This document shows positions 45,765-60,045 of a stretch of DNA of 64,000 nt, one piece after another; the first letter of the stretch is position 1; each line of letters begins with the position of its first letter. The position numbers and the translations under genes are program-made. The DNA is from Selaginella moellendorffii (lineage: Eukaryota > Plantae > Lycopodiophyta): positions 1,223,502 through 1,287,501 of the forward strand of contig NW_003314299.1 in assembly GCF_000143415.4 (NCBI RefSeq), written 5' to 3'. The notes beneath the pieces are model-generated. The model did no database searches, was not told the origin of the DNA, and saw only the letters and a program-made list of their open reading frames with translations.

Positions 45765-47116
45765 ATGCCTAGGTAAGATCGGCGCCTGTTCTTTCCAGTT
45801 CCGAGATGGATTCGATCGATTTGCTCCGTGTGATAGATACTACTGCGATTACTGTGATACTTATCTCACGCACGACTCGGTAAGGCTGGAGAGCTTGTTC
45901 TTCTTTCTTGCTGACCTACATTTTGTGTGCAGCCGTCGGTGAGGAAGCAACACAATGCGGGGTACAAACACAAGGTAAGGATTATCAAAATTTGTAGAGG
46001 AATGACGTCCTTTCTATCTTTCAGTGCTTATAGTGTTTTTTAGTTCCACTCCTTTCTAGGATTTAAATGCTTTTTTTTCTATCTTTTGTTTGCTTTTTTT
46101 TCTATCTTGCGTTCACTCAATTCTTATAATGTTTTAGTTCCACTCCTTTCTAGTTTTCGTTTTCTTCATTCTGTGATCTTTTTAGTTCTGGCTCCGTTTT
46201 TGTGATGAATTTTGATGTTCGATTTCATTTTAGTGTGTTCTTGTTCATGTTCGGTTTCGTGGTAGTGTGTTCTTGCGTTTTCGTTTCAGTTTTTTATTGC
46301 TTTCTGCTAGTTTTTATAGTTCTCAAGCTTGACGTTTTTTTTTATCTTGTCTTTCCAGGCGAACGTCAGAGCTTACTACCAACAGTTCGAGGAGCAACAG
46401 ACCCAAAGCATCATCGACCAGAAAGTCAAGGAGCACCAACACATGGCCGCCTTCCAGGGATTCAAGCAGATGGTGCCAGTGCTCTCACGGCCAGGCATGG
46501 GACTGCCGGGCTCGTCTCCGGCACCAATGATACAACCAATGCGTCCGCCAGTGATGCATCCTGGTGCACCAGGTGGAGGTGAGCAAAAACTTCTCCATTC
46601 ATTCCAATTCCCCTTTTCTCTTGTCTCGTCTTTGTTTGTTTCTTCACAGCCAGAGTCTGCAAGTCCTTACAGTCCCTCTAGTCTTTTCTGCGGAAGCATT
46701 TGACTGACATGCAAGCGTTTTTTTCTTTTTCTTTGTGCCTTTTTTTCGCAGGCTATCCTCCTGGCCCCGGTGGATTCCGGCCCCCAGTAGCACCAGTTCC
46801 TGGCAACACGCAACCAAACGGCGTTTACAGACCTCAAATGACACCACCGGGTGCTCCAGGTCGACCACCACCCGGTTCCACAGCTCCAAACGGTATGCCT
46901 TCTTCCGGTGGTGGCTACTCCCAGCAGCCAGTGGTACCTGGTCAATCCGGCGGCGGCGGCGGCGGTGGTGGTGGTGGTGGTGGCGGCTATGGTGGCTACG
47001 GTGGTTATTCACAGCCACCACCGGGTCCCGGCTATGGTTCGCAGCCTCCTCCTCCTCGACCAGGTATGTCCTCTGGCTATGGTTACTCTCAACCTCCTCC
47101 AGGCAGCGGAGATTGA
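45765..47116 (+). CDS. U1C: U1 snRNP protein C
   Basis: [35 protein letters not shown] followed by a Pro/Gly-rich tail. Confidence 0.96.
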
Positions 47117-48556
47117 CAAACCAAGTTCCGCGATCTCGATCTCTCCGAGGGAAGTTCTCTTTTTCCTTGTTCTCAGCTCTACTTTTCGTCCCTTAAATGC
47201 GTTTTCTATGGCTTTAATACTATTGTGGTGGTGGGATTTAGCAGCAGCTAGATCGAACATGGCATGAATTTGTGGGACGAGAGCCGTGAATCAAAACGTG
47301 TTGTTCTTCCTCTATTTTTTTTCGCTCGCCGTTTGTTTTGGTTCTTCCAAGCCAGGGACGAAGGAAAGGACAGATTACTTGGGCGCGAGAGGCATCTGTA
47401 CGTGTGGCAACTAGCTATGTGCTCAAAACGCGTATGGAGGCGATAGAGTGGTGTGTGCAATTCGCAAAACACGAGCACTTTTCGTCCGGTTAAAGATCGC
47501 GCCGCCCGCGTTGTCCACGTGTCCTACGGACAGAATATTTATAAGAAGATTCCTGGAGATGCATCATGGGGTTAAATGTCATGGCCATCATGTTTTTATT
47601 TTATGACCCATTCGATGGAGTCATACTTTAATCTGAAATCATTGTCTTTCAAAAGTCTTCAGTTCTCAACAACGCACAAAAACACTTGCATTTTTTTTTC
47701 CATCATCAGTCTCATGTTTCAAGAGGGTGCATGACATAATCTGAGGTGTTATCATTGAAAACTATAATTTACTTCCAGATCTTAAATCATATCCCAGAAA
47801 CAAATATAAAATCGTAATCTATTATCACTACTCCACCATGAAAAGTAAGTCACTAAAGGCTGACCTGAATCAGAAGATGAATGAACAGCATGACATGACA
47901 TGTCATGAACTCATACTATGGCCATTGTATGTATATAAAAAGTACATAAGTTAATCAATCAATAGAAGTACGACACGTGGACTACGTGCGGACGTGCGCG
48001 GCGGGGGCAGTGTCCCAAAGAGAGCGAGGTAGCTTTGTTTCTTCCTGGGCATTACTTTATCATTTTTGCTTTACCTCCGCGTGGTAAAAAGCGGTGAAAG
48101 GGTTAAACCGTTCTCCCACTGCTTTGCATTTTTGTGTGTGTGGGGAGTAGTGTGTCCTTGTAACACAGTAGCGCCTCTCCCCGGCTAGGGTTTAGTGAAG
48201 CGCGCTGCCAAGAGGAAGAAGCGGAGGAGTAAGCAAGGGCGCGGCGCTAGCTCGCCACTCCATCTCGCGAATCTATCTATCCGCGCGACGAATGGTGTGC
48301 CGAAATCCGGTAGGGTGGGAGCAGCAGCAGTGATTCTCGCATCGGCGCCCTGGCTGGGAGATTTCGGGCGGCGGATGGGAATTCCGTGGCGCTGAATCCA
48401 TTGGATCGGCCACGGATCAGGTGGATCGGCAGGACAAGACTTGTTCTAGAGCCGCGGCAGTGGCGGCAATTTCTTGCTCTTGGTCCGATCTGCCAGAGCT
48501 GACGGGGTTTCCAATGCGTTGCTGAGAGTGGTACGGAAGGCCGTAGTTCGGAGAAA

Positions 48557-50459
48557 ATGGGATGTATATTTTGCTTTGGAGGAGGCAAGCAGCAAGAGAG
48601 CCGGGTTGGAAGCAAGCCTGGAGCTCGGACGGCTCAACAGGCACCTGGGATCGTGGAGAAGGAGAAGTCTCTGGCAAAAATTCCCTCCGGTAAGATCGCT
48701 GGATGCCTAATTTTTGTTCAAGTTTTGGATGCCAGATCTCATGTCTACGTTTCTGGCTTTTCTTCCGTTTTTTTGCTACTATAGATAAGGTGAAGCCGGC
48801 AGCTTCTTTGGATCGCAAGAAGGAAAATGCACCTGGAGATTCCACTCCAGCCATTGCTGCTCAGACTTTCACGTTTCGAGAGCTTGCAGCAGCCACGAAG
48901 AACTTCAAGGCCGAGTGTCTCTTAGGTGAGGGTGGTTTTGGGCGAGTGTACAAAGGACGACTGGAGAATTCGGGACAGGTTTGTGGATTGGTTTTGTAGA
49001 GCGGTTTTCTTATACGTTTGTTGTTGTGAATTCAGGTAGTCGCTGTGAAGCAGCTGGATAGAAACGGATTGCAAGGCAATCGAGAGTTTTTGGTCGAGGT
49101 TTTAATGCTGAGTTTGCTTCACCATCCAAACTTGGTCAACCTCATTGGATACTGTGCAGACGGTGATCAGAGATTGCTAGTTTACGAGTTTATGCCGCTC
49201 GGGTGTTTGGAGGATCACTTGCATGGTACGATACTTTCTCTTCGTCTTGACGGGCTTACCTTCCTCTTGCTTTTGCTAGATATTCCCCCGGAGAAAGCCC
49301 CGCTCGACTGGAACACGCGCATGAAGATCGCGGCTGGTGCTGCGATGGGTCTAGAATATCTGCACGACAAGGCCAATCCGCCGGTGATTTACAGGGACTT
49401 CAAGTCATCCAACATTCTTCTTGACAACAATTTCCACCCAAAGCTCTCCGACTTCGGGCTTGCAAAGCTCGGCCCTGTCGGTGACAAGACGCACGTCTCA
49501 ACGAGAGTTATGGGGACTTACGGCTATTGTGCACCAGAGTATGCGATGACGGGACAGTTGACATTAAAGTCGGACGTATACAGTTTTGGAGTCGTGCTAC
49601 TAGAGCTTATAACAGGTAGAAAGGCGATCGACAACTCAAGACCAGCTGGAGAGCACAATCTTGTGGCCTGGGTACGCAGCTTTGCTACTTTTAGTACTGA
49701 CGATGTGGCAAAGCTTGTTCTGACCGTTGTTTTGTTTTCATCCAGGCAAGGCCCCTGTTCAAAGACCGGAGAAAGTTCCCGTCTATGTCGGATCCGCTGT
49801 TGCAAGGCAGATATCCAATGCGCGGCCTGTATCAGGCTCTGGCAGTCGCTGCGATGTGCCTCCAGGAGCAAGCGGCCACGAGACCACTGATCGCCGACGT
49901 AGTCACCGCTCTAAACTATCTCGCCAGCCAGACATACGACCCCGGCGTTCATCCTCTCTCTAACAGCAGGCTGACGCCACCCTCGTCTAGAGAGAAGCGG
50001 GAGAAGGACAAAGAGAAAGAGAGGAAGCTGTCACTCGCAACTCCTGCTGCTGCTGCTGCTGCTGCTGGTGATGATCGCGGCAAGAACAATGGCGTGCATT
50101 CTCCGAGCGTCACAGCCAAATCGTCCGCAAAGTCATCTCCAAACGTCCGTGTGAAAGACGAGGACAGTCCCAGGAACTTACTGGAGGAAGCCAAGCTGCA
50201 CGATAGCAGCAAGCAGCGAGAGGCGGACGACTGGGAGATGTACGACAGGAACTCGATGAGCCCCAGCCGCACCAACAAGATCTTCAAGGAAGGATTCAAG
50301 ATCTTGGATCACGACCGGGAGAGAGCGGTGGCGGAAGCAAGGATCTGGGGGGAGAGCTACAGGGAAAGGAAGCGAGGCAACACACAGGGTGGTGGTGGCG
50401 GCGGCGGCGGCAGTGGTGGTGGCAGTGGTGGTGGTGGTGGTGGTGGCACCGATTGCTAG
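48557..50459 (+). CDS. Receptor-like cytoplasmic kinase, RLCK-VII (PBS1/PBL27-like)
   Basis: MGC..C acylation motif, [49 protein letters not shown]. Confidence 0.95.
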
Positions 50460-50585
50460 AGCGAGAAGAGCAGAACGAGCGAATTTTGTCCTCTGAGCTG
50501 ATGCCTCACGAGCAGGCCAGGTTTTAAAATTTACATTTCTCTCCCTCTCGCTGTTACAGTGATCTTTTCTTTTTTGTTCTTGTTG

Positions 50586-50690
50586 TATAGCTTCCAGAGC
50601 TCTTCTAAGTTCTCCGAGCGGCTATAGCTTCCAGAGCTCTTCCAAGTCCTCCGAGCGGCTATAGCTTCCAGAGCTCTTCCAAGTTCTCGG
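50586..50690. repeat. ~37-bp tandem repeat, about 3 copies, between convergent genes
   Basis: tatagcttccagagctcttc(c/t)aagt(t/c)ctc occurs three times. Confidence 0.85.
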
Positions 50691-50696
50691 CTACTT

Positions 50697-52635
50697 TCAG
50701 TGGTGCCAGGGAAAGCCGGACGTGAACTGGGCCTCGAGCTTCTCGTTGGTCTCGTACAGGATGCTGTCCTCGATCTTATAGTCGGGCTTGAGATCGTCCA
50801 GTCCCTCGAGCATGAAGTCGGCCTCGTCGATCACTTGGTGGAAGTCGATGGGTGGCGGCGGGGGTTGCAGAACCGGGACCACGATTCGAGGCTGGTGATT
50901 GAGAGCTTGCGGCGATGACGATGACACGATGCTGCCACTGGGGGATTTCTTAAACTTGAGCTTGACGACGCCCGCGCGGCTACTAGGAGCTCTCTCCGTC
51001 TCGACTTTCGTCCGCTTCCTCTGGTGGATTTCTTCCAAGCTGTCTCTCCGCGTGGACGAGGATTTGTCGCCGCTTCTCGAGAACCTGGAACGAGGAAAAA
51101 GAAAAAGAAAAAAAGCATGAGTTTCTTTCTCCATGCTCGAAGTCGATCGATCGCTGCTGTGAGAAAAAGTGAGCTTTGTTTTTTACCTCTCGCGGAGTAT
51201 CTTGAACGCTTCCTTCGTGGCATACGGCTGGCCTGTCTTGGGATCTTTGTACCTGCGCAAAGACGCAAAAAACAAAACACCAGATTTTTGTCCCAGTTTT
51301 CGCTTGTCCTTGCAAAGAAGAGAAAAAATGACTCACCTGGCTGGCTGGCCTGTTACAACGCATAAAGCTTTCTCGGGATCTGGCGTAGAAAAAAAGAAAA
51401 GGAAAAAACAAGAGAGAAAGTGAGAATCGAGGGTGAAAACGAGAAAGAATGAGAAAGGAGAGTGATTCGTTTACACGGCTTTGCTTTGGAGTTAATGGCG
51501 CTAGGAAGCGTGCTCACTTTGGTGAACTCCAATATATTGTATCCTGAAAGTGTGAGAGCGTTAAACAAAGACGATCTTTGAAAATGCTCGAGATTGCAGT
51601 ACCGCCTTTGGAAATGAATCTGACTTGAGGACCATTGTACACCGTTTTCTGTATGATTGCCTTCTTCTTAACCTCTTCTTCTCGAGCGAGCATGCGTTCC
51701 AGAGACTGTAAATTGATAACCTCTGCGTTCGTAATGAATGAGTCGAGAAAAAAACATGGAGTGAATGTACCTGTTTGAGCTGCCTCGAGAAGCATGTCTT
51801 CCTGAGACATCTTCTTCTCTTCTTCCCGTTTTCTCTTCACTGGCTGGATAGAACAGCGAAAACGAAAAAAGCAAAAGATCAGGCAAGACGAGAGAAGTCT
51901 TGCATGAAAACTGAAATCGTACCTTGGGTGTGGTTTGCAAAGCTGCTTTGGCGGCTCTCTCAGCTTGCCTCGCCACAACGGACACTCTCGTGGATTTTCT
52001 GATGATCCTCTCGCTTTCTCCATCGCCATCCTCCTGATCACTCGGCCGGGGCGGTGCCTTTTTCTTTGGCTTCGGCTTGTCTGTGCGTGCAACGTTTTTC
52101 AGTAGAAAGCTGACGCTCTTTTTCTTCTTGTCCGCCCCGGGCTTCTTGTAGGGAAACTTTCTCTTCTTTTTGACAACCTCTCTATAAAATGGAAAAGAAA
52201 AGAAAAAAACGCTAAGAACTTTTCTTCGAAAAGAGAAAGAGTGAGAGAGCTTACTTTTCTTCTTTAACTTCGTTTTCGGATTCAGGTCCCTGCAAAAAAC
52301 TCATACCAATATCACACGAAAAATAAAAAGCAAAGAATGCGAACCTCGTCTTGATCAAAGTCACTGTCGAATTCATCAACCTCTTCTGCCTCTTCCTGAT
52401 ATTCCTTATCATTGTTTTCCTGCGAAGAAGCAAAAATTAAACGCTCTAGAGCACAATGTAGCAGTGATCATCACCTCCTTGAACGCTTCCTGGCCCCAAA
52501 ACGAGTTATCCGCCTCAACCTCATCATCCAGCAGCTTCGTGAGCCTAGAAATCCGATAAAAAATCGGGCAAATCTTCCCAAAAACCCCCACCTCTTCCCT
52601 CGCGTCGCCCGCGCCGAGCGCGGCAATTCCTCCAT
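50697..52635 (-). CDS. SWC2: SWR1 complex subunit 2 (YL1/Vps72)
   Basis: RSARATRGKR, FWGQEAFKE, DEFDSDF, MSQEDMLLEAAQTE, C.VTGQPARYKDPKTGQPYAT. Confidence 0.92.
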
Positions 52636-53327
52636 AGCTCAAAATCCCAACAAGAGCCCTAGATGCAACGCATATTCTCCACCGAAAGTCCACTTACCAG
52701 AATATCCTCCGGACCTTCCGTGCGGCAGACATACGTTAGCATATTCTCCCAAAGCTAATCTTAGCCGCTTGTGATTGGCCACCGCAAGATAAAGACGCCG
52801 CACGCGGCAGGAAAACCGCATCTGCGGCGCCGCACGATCGGACGCACGCCACGAACTGGCGGCAAAAAGCCAACTGTGCGTTTGCTCCACACACATTCTC
52901 CCTCTCTTCTTCTCTCACATACATTCTTGTTTGCCACAGAGCTTTCGGGGAGTATCCCTCTCTTGGCTATGGCGCAGGGTTAGGGTAAGAGGCAGTGTAG
53001 GTCTTCGCGTCTTCGCGTCTTGGCGCCTTTGGCGGCTCTGGTGCTGGCGCTTTCGCGGATTAGCTTCTTCCTCGCGACGCGAATCAGAGGCGCTGGTGAC
53101 CGGCGCTGCGTTTGCGTGTGATTCCAGGTGAGAGCGCCAGATCGATCGCTAGGGTTTGAATCTTCCGAGAGTGACAACAGAGCTCTCGGCAGTTATTAGG
53201 TTCTAGATCGTTTCGCGGAGCTTGGAATATCGTTCTAACGTTTTTGTGTTCTAGGATGCGCCCAAGGCAGCTAGAGTTCTAGCGAGCTCGGCTTTGGGTC
53301 GTTTTTTTTTTTACTTCTTCTTGCGCA

Positions 53328-54737
53328 ATGGCTGCTGAGGGGCACATTCACGCTCATCACCAAAATGTGCACAGTATGCACGTCGACGACACGGATGAGG
53401 TGGGAGAAGAGATCGAGGGGGTAAACCATCTCCATCCTCACTCTCATATGCATATGCACGAAGACCACGGGCTCCACGATCACCACCACGACATTGAGAT
53501 CGAGGACCAAGACGACGAGGAGCAAGATGGCGAGGGCCTGGACGAGGCGGAGATGCATTCCGATGGTGGTCACCCCGTAGAGCCTCCGGCGGCTCTCACC
53601 GGACGGTCTCATGCCACGACCCAGCTCACGCTCTCGTACCAAGGAGAAGTTTATGTCTTCGATACAGTTGCTCCAGAGAAGGTACTGTTTTTTGCTGCTC
53701 TTCATTCGTTCTCGTGGTCTCCTGGTGTCATGATCAACTAAAAACTTGATTTTGATCTTCGGTTTTGGCAGGTCCAAGAGGTGTTGCTACTGCTGGGAGG
53801 CCGGGAGATACAGTCGAGCCTCCCTGGAGCGAGCATGCCCGGGCACCACTATGGGAAGGTAATGCCACTGTTCTCGTATGTATATTCGAACCAAGTGTCA
53901 ATATCTCTGGGCTTACAGATCGCTTGGAATGAAAACAGGGCCTTTCGGAACTCCCGTCGCGAATGAACATGCCGCAGAGAATCACGGCGCTCACGAGGTT
54001 CCGGGAGAAGCGGAAGGAGCGCTGCTATGACAAGAAGATCCGCTACACTGTTCGCAAGGAAGTTGCACAGAGGTATTGAGTGTGCGGTGGAACTGTTGTG
54101 CTTTGCCTTTCATCAATTAATACCAATCTCTTCTTGTTTTTTGTGTCTCTTTTCTCGGCAGAATGCATCGGAAGAAGGGTCAGTTCGCGTCCTCCAAGGT
54201 ACTCCAGGAGGAAGCGGCAGCCAAAGCTAATGGAAGCAGTCCTCCAACACCTGGACAACCCACTCCACCGGGTGGTGCTCCTCAACCAGAAATCCTGTAA
54301 GTCATCTGGCCTTTTGCAACTTAGTTTCCTCATCTTTTCCTTTCTTTGTTCTGTCTCTAGATGCACACATTGTGGCACTGGTGAGCGATCGACACCGATG
54401 ATGAGACGAGGCCCCTCTGGACCGAGGACCTTGTGCAATGCCTGCGGATTAATGTGGGCCAATAAGGTAGACACCCGAGTTCTCTCTATAATCCCGGTTT
54501 CGCTCTTAAAAACTCAAAAGCCGTTTCAGGGTGTCTTGAGGGACCTCTCCAAAAACGCACAAGCACCAGGCTCCGTTCTCCAGATTCCCACTCTTACACA
54601 AGTAAGCTCTCGAAAGCTCCTCCAAGGTTTCCATTTTTCTCTTAAGTTTTCCTCTCGAAGTTTCCATTTTTCTCTCTTCTAACTTCTCCTTGTTGTAACA
54701 GAGTGAATCAGAAGGCCACAAACCTGACCCAGCCTGA
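53328..54737 (+). CDS. ZML: ZIM-like GATA transcription factor (tify + CCT + GATA zinc finger)
   Basis: [13 protein letters not shown]; [24 protein letters not shown]; CTHC...[18 protein letters not shown]. Confidence 0.93.
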
Positions 54738-55001
54738 GATACAAAGCATTGTTCTAAAGCGAGAATAAGAACTCCATACAAAGCAAAGGAACGAGAAGAG
54801 GTGGGTGATTCGCTGTTTGATGCAATATTGTACACGAATGTGTTCATAGAAGCATACTTAAAATTATAGATTCTCCTGTTCTTGCTGTAACTTGTTGCCA
54901 TGAAACCAAATGTACTAACATGGAAAAAGTCAGTTTCCATGGTATCGATTGTAAAAATCCTTGATACAACCTTATTGGAGTTGGAATCGAAGCGATTTGT
55001 T

Positions 55002-55949
55002 TTACGGCGTTGTGGTGGTCTCAGTCTCTGGCCCAGACTTGAGATCGAACTTTTCCTGGAGTAGCGTGAGAACTTCTGCCAGAGATCTCACCTTGAAAGT
55101 GGGGCGTTGGAGCAAAGACAGATGCGAGACGATGTATTTGTCGTCTTGATCTAAGAGACAAGTCGCTGTTCCAGCCTTGTTGCCACAAACAATCTACAAG
55201 AACTTATGAAATTCAGAAGCAATAGATCGAAATCGAGAACTTACATCATCTTTTGGATGGTCTCCAACCATGAGAACTTCGTGCGGGGAAACTCCCCATG
55301 CGCTACAGATGTGGAGGAGCGGGGCCGGATTTGGTTTGTATGGACGGAATTCTCTGCTTAGAGCTGGGCTAAAGTGTGGTTTCTGCGAGGAAGTGAGTAA
55401 TTAGCTACGATCGAAGAGAGAAAAGGATAGAGTACCTCGAATCTGGCATGGAAGTAATCGACAGCAGCCTTGACGTTGCGAGTGATCAATCCCCTCCTGC
55501 GATTTACTGCTCAAAAACTTAGGGAAGAACTAACAAGCTTCACGTTACTTACTTGAGCTTCTTCTCGTCGATGAAGTCACACAGCTCCTTCGCTCCTACA
55601 CACACAAGAACAGAGAACTGAAATTTCCCGAATTGGAGCTTGTCCAAGCCAAATTCCAAATCCAAATCTGTGAGCGCTTACCAGGCATGAATTGGAGCTT
55701 GTCCAATCCCTCCTTCTCGTACTCGGCAATCGTCGCATAGGCGCGCTGCTGCTCCTCCGGGCTCCACTGCTCAATCTCGTGCAAAATATCGATCGCCTTG
55801 TCCGAGCTCGGCTGATGCCGGCTCCCCAGCACCGCCCTGTACAGCGCCGGGAAATCGATCACTGGAATCGTGAGAGTGCCGTCCATATCGAAGACGACGC
55901 CGCGCAGTGTCCCGCGCAATGCGGGCAGCGCCATAGCCGAAATTCGCAT
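55002..55949 (-). CDS. HAD-superfamily hydrolase
   Basis: VVFDMDGTLT, GLITRN, YKPNPAP, LMVGD..KDD. Confidence 0.9.
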
Positions 55950-56077
55950 AAACCCTAAGCTCTGTTTTCTAGGGTTTTTATGGGCCTCTTCTTTTTAGGG
56001 TTCTAACGATCCAAGATTTGGTGGTATTCCATTTCGAAATGTAGCCGGCCGGCGCGGCTCCCGCCAAATCGCCGTCC

Positions 56078-56120
56078 AATCGCCGCAATCCACGTGCCTC
56101 CTTTCAATGTGGGCGGGAAA
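56078..56120. promoter_or_regulatory. E2F-type sites upstream of RNR1
   Basis: gcgggaaa (TTTCCCGC on the - strand) at 56113-56120, and tcccgccaaa near 56079. Confidence 0.6.
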
Positions 56121-56327
56121 ATATCGCAACGAGGAAGCTTTTCGGCTATAGGGTTTTATACCGTGTGGCGGTTTAGGAGGGAGCGTTACTTGGAGGCGCT
56201 CAATCGATTCCTCCGCGAGCTTGCTAGCCTTGCTCATTTCGGTCCCGCTGCTCGTCCGAGAATTCCCAGGTGAGATTTCTAGTGTCGGCGGCTTCGATCT
56301 GTTGCTAAGCCTTGCAAATCCAGGAAA

Positions 56328-59300
56328 ATGTATGTCATCAAGAGGGATGGGAAGCAAGAGGCCGTGCATTTCGACAAGATCACCGCCCGGCTCAAGAAGC
56401 TGAGCTATTCCCTCAATCCCGACTACTGTGATCCCGTGATTGTGGCACAGAAAGTATGCGCTGGGGTTTACAAGGGTGTTACTACCAGTCAGCTGGACGA
56501 ATTGGCTGCCGAGACTGCGGCTTCCATGACTACAAGTCATCCTGACTATGCAATTGTAAGCTAGAAGCTTTTTCTCGTTTGTTCTGCAAGCCTTTTTCTT
56601 TGTCAGTTTACTTATAGTTTTCACAGCTTGCTGCCAGGATTGTTGTCTCGAATCTTCACAAGAAAACTAAAAAGTCCTTCTCAGAGACGTAAGTTTTCTT
56701 CGAGAAGTTCTCTATTGTCTAACCAAAGCTGGGCTATCAGTGTGAAGGAGATGTACAGCCACGTTGACGAGAGGTCTGGACTGAAAGCTCCTCTCATTGC
56801 TAATGATGTCTACGATATCATTATGAAAGTGAGTATTCCCGTCATTGGTTCTCCTTTTCTGTTCTCATCAGTTTCTCTTTCTCTTTTCGTCCAGAACGCG
56901 GCGAAGCTTGATAGCGAAATCATCTATGACAGGGATTTCGACTATGACTACTTTGGATTCAAGACGCTCGAAAGATCATACCTCTTGAAAGTGAACGGGA
57001 GAGTCGTCGAGCGGCCTCAACACATGCTCATGCGAGTATCTGTAGGCATACACAAGGAGGACATTGAAGCTGCAATCAAGACGTACCATCTCATGTCTCA
57101 GCGTTGGTTTACCCATGCCTCACCAACACTGTTTAATGCTGGGACTCCTCGGCCTCAGGTTGGTTGCTTCGTGATTCTCCTTTTGTAGTTTACTTCTCAC
57201 TGTGACTTCTACAGCTTAGTAGCTGCTTCCTCCTCTGCATGAAGGAGGATAGCATTGAAGGCATTTATGATACCCTGAAGGAGTGTGCAGTAATCAGCAA
57301 GTCAGCCGGGGGTATCGGCCTCTCTGTCCATAATATTCGCGCCACTAACAGTTATATCCGTGGAACGAACGGCACGTCGAACGGGATTGTTCCCATGCTT
57401 CGAGTGTTCAATGATACCGCTCGCTATGTCGATCAAGGGGGAGGCAAGAGGAAAGGTATCATGTACAGCTTTTCAACATTTATAATCATCATTATTACTT
57501 TTGTTTCGTTTTTTACCACATGCAGGAGCTTTTGCGATCTATTTGGAACCGTGGCATGCAGATGTGTTTGATTGGCTTGATCTTAAGAAAAACCACGGGA
57601 AGGTAGTGTCTTTTTGTGCTGCAATTCATTTTTAGTTTCTTGCATCAACGTACAGGAGGAGAACCGTGCCCGTGATTTGTTCTATGGCCTCTGGATTCCT
57701 GACCTTTTCATGGAACGAGTTAGGAGCAATAGCGATTGGTCTCTGTTCTGTCCGAACGAGGCTCCTGGATTGGCTGACTGCTGGGGTGAGGAGTTTGAAA
57801 GCTTGTACACGAGATATGAAAGGGAGGTCAGTCTCCTTGCTCTACTTCTTTTATGAGCTTAATTTTTGCGGTGTTTATCAGGGGAGAGCTAAACGTTCCT
57901 TATCAGCTCAGAAACTTTGGTTTGCAATTTTGGAATCTCAGATGGAAACTGGCAATCCGTACATGGTTTTTAAGGTGTGAAGTCAAGGAGTGTCTTCTTA
58001 TTTCTGATGCTTTTTTCCGTTTCAGGATACTTGTAACAGGAAGAGCAATCAACAAAATCTGGGGACTATCAAGTGCTCAAATCTCTGCACTGAGATTGTG
58101 GAATATACCAGTCCCTCTGAGACAGCCGTGTGTAACCTTGCATCCATTGCGTTACCTCGGTTTGTTCGTGAACAAGGAATAAACTCGGAAACGAAACTGG
58201 TCGGTAGCAAGGGATGCAAAAATAGAGTTTTTGATTTCCACAAACTGGCTGAGGTAACACAGCTTTCATCATTCTCTAACATCAACTTGGAGATTGTTTC
58301 CAGGTGACAACAGTAGTGACTGAAAACTTAAACAAGATTATTGACATCAACTACTACCCAGTTGACACAGCAAAGCGCTCAAATCTTCGACATCGTCCAA
58401 TTGGGATTGGTGTCCAAGGATTAGCTGACGCATTTATTCTCCTTGGGCTCCCATTCGACTCCGAAGAGGTACAACGTTTTTTTCTTGTGGCCGTCTTACG
58501 TTTTCTCTTTTACAGGCTCGTGATCTGAACAAAGACATTTTTGAGACGATCTATTATCATGCCATGAAAACGTCAAGCGTTCTGGCAGAATTATATGGAG
58601 TTTATGAAACATATCCTGGAAGTCCAGTCAGTAAGGTTCGGGTAGTGAGTATTATCTTTTTCTGTATCAATGCTTTGTCTTTCCAGGGAGTCTTTCAACC
58701 AGATATGTGGAACGTTATACCCTCTGGTCGTTGGGATTGGCCAGCCTTGAAGGAAATGGTCGCCCGCCATGGAGTACGCAATTCCTTACTTGTTGCTCCA
58801 ATGCCGACAGCATCAACAAGCCAAATTCTTGGAAACAACGAGTGTTTTGAGCCTTATACATCCAATATTTACACTCGACGCGTTCTAAGGTATGCCTTCT
58901 TTCTGTATCAGCTGTGATACTTATGTTGCCTGCTACAGTGGTGAATTTGTTGTGGTTAACAAGCATTTGCTGAACGATTTGACCGATTTGGGAATATGGA
59001 CACCGGATCTGAAGAACAAAGTAATGGCTTATAATGGCTCCATTCAGAGCATCGAAGGGATACCGGACGACCTTAAACAAATATACAGGTTTGTTTGTGG
59101 ACAAGTTTTTATTCTTTCTGAACCAAGTCAATCAGGACTGTATGGGAGATCAAGCAACGGACGATCGTTGATATGGCTGTGGAACGCGGAGCATACATTG
59201 ACCAAAGCCAAAGCCTGAACATTCATATGGAGCAGCCCACAACGACCAAATTGACTTCACTACACTTCCACGCATGGTCAGGGGTAAGGACAGTCAGCAT

Positions 59301-59565
59301 ATTAGCGTTTTCTATGCCTGTCTTCAACGAAATTAATTTCAGGGCCTAAAGACTGGTATGTACTATCTACGATCGCAAGCTGCTGCGGACGCTATCAAGT
59401 TCACTGTCGATACGGCCTCGTTAAAGGTAGGATTCTATTTTCTACGGTTTTATCTAACCTTATCTTCTGTACCAGAGTCCTGCAAAGGCAACCGACGAAG
59501 AGCTATTAGCGCAGATGGTCTGCTCACTCGAGAATCGTGAGAACTGCTTAGCGTGTGGTAGCTAG
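56328..59565 (+). CDS. RNR1: Ribonucleoside-diphosphate reductase large subunit
   Basis: [11 protein letters not shown] cone, [37 protein letters not shown]-terminal CLACGS*. Confidence 0.98.
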
Positions 59566-60045
59566 GTGCATGGTTAGAATGTGTTTTACGCTACGTAGGC
59601 CAGCAGAGCTCTAACTTAGTGCTCAGTAATCTACACTCGAAGGCCTGTATATGATATTTGAGGTAAGAAATCCTGTTCCGAATTTTTGGGATCCATTTTG
59701 GGTGTGAGCGTTGACGCCAGTTACAGGTGACTAGAAAGAAGAAACTGATGCGTTTATTCTTATAAAACTGTCCTCTTTGGGGTTTTAATCGCTCTATTTC
59801 ACGCAGCGTAGCTCAGCGGTCATCGTCTCTGTGGGTGTGAACAGTAATAACCTTGATCGGCCTCTCTGTGAGTATACTTACGTCTTTCAATTTTCGTTTC
59901 TCATCTAGTTTCTTAAGCAGCGACGAAGATGCGATTACTGGATCTGTCGGCCGTGAGGTACGCCCAGCGACTGACAGTAGGACATAGATCTGTCTGGTTA
60001 ATTTCTCCGTGGAGAGTTTAGATCTCTCTCACACTCATCAGAAAG

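Noticed and set aside
59803-59880. tRNA-like A-box (tagctcagcggt)
   Set aside because: No cloverleaf stems or T-loop GTTC follow
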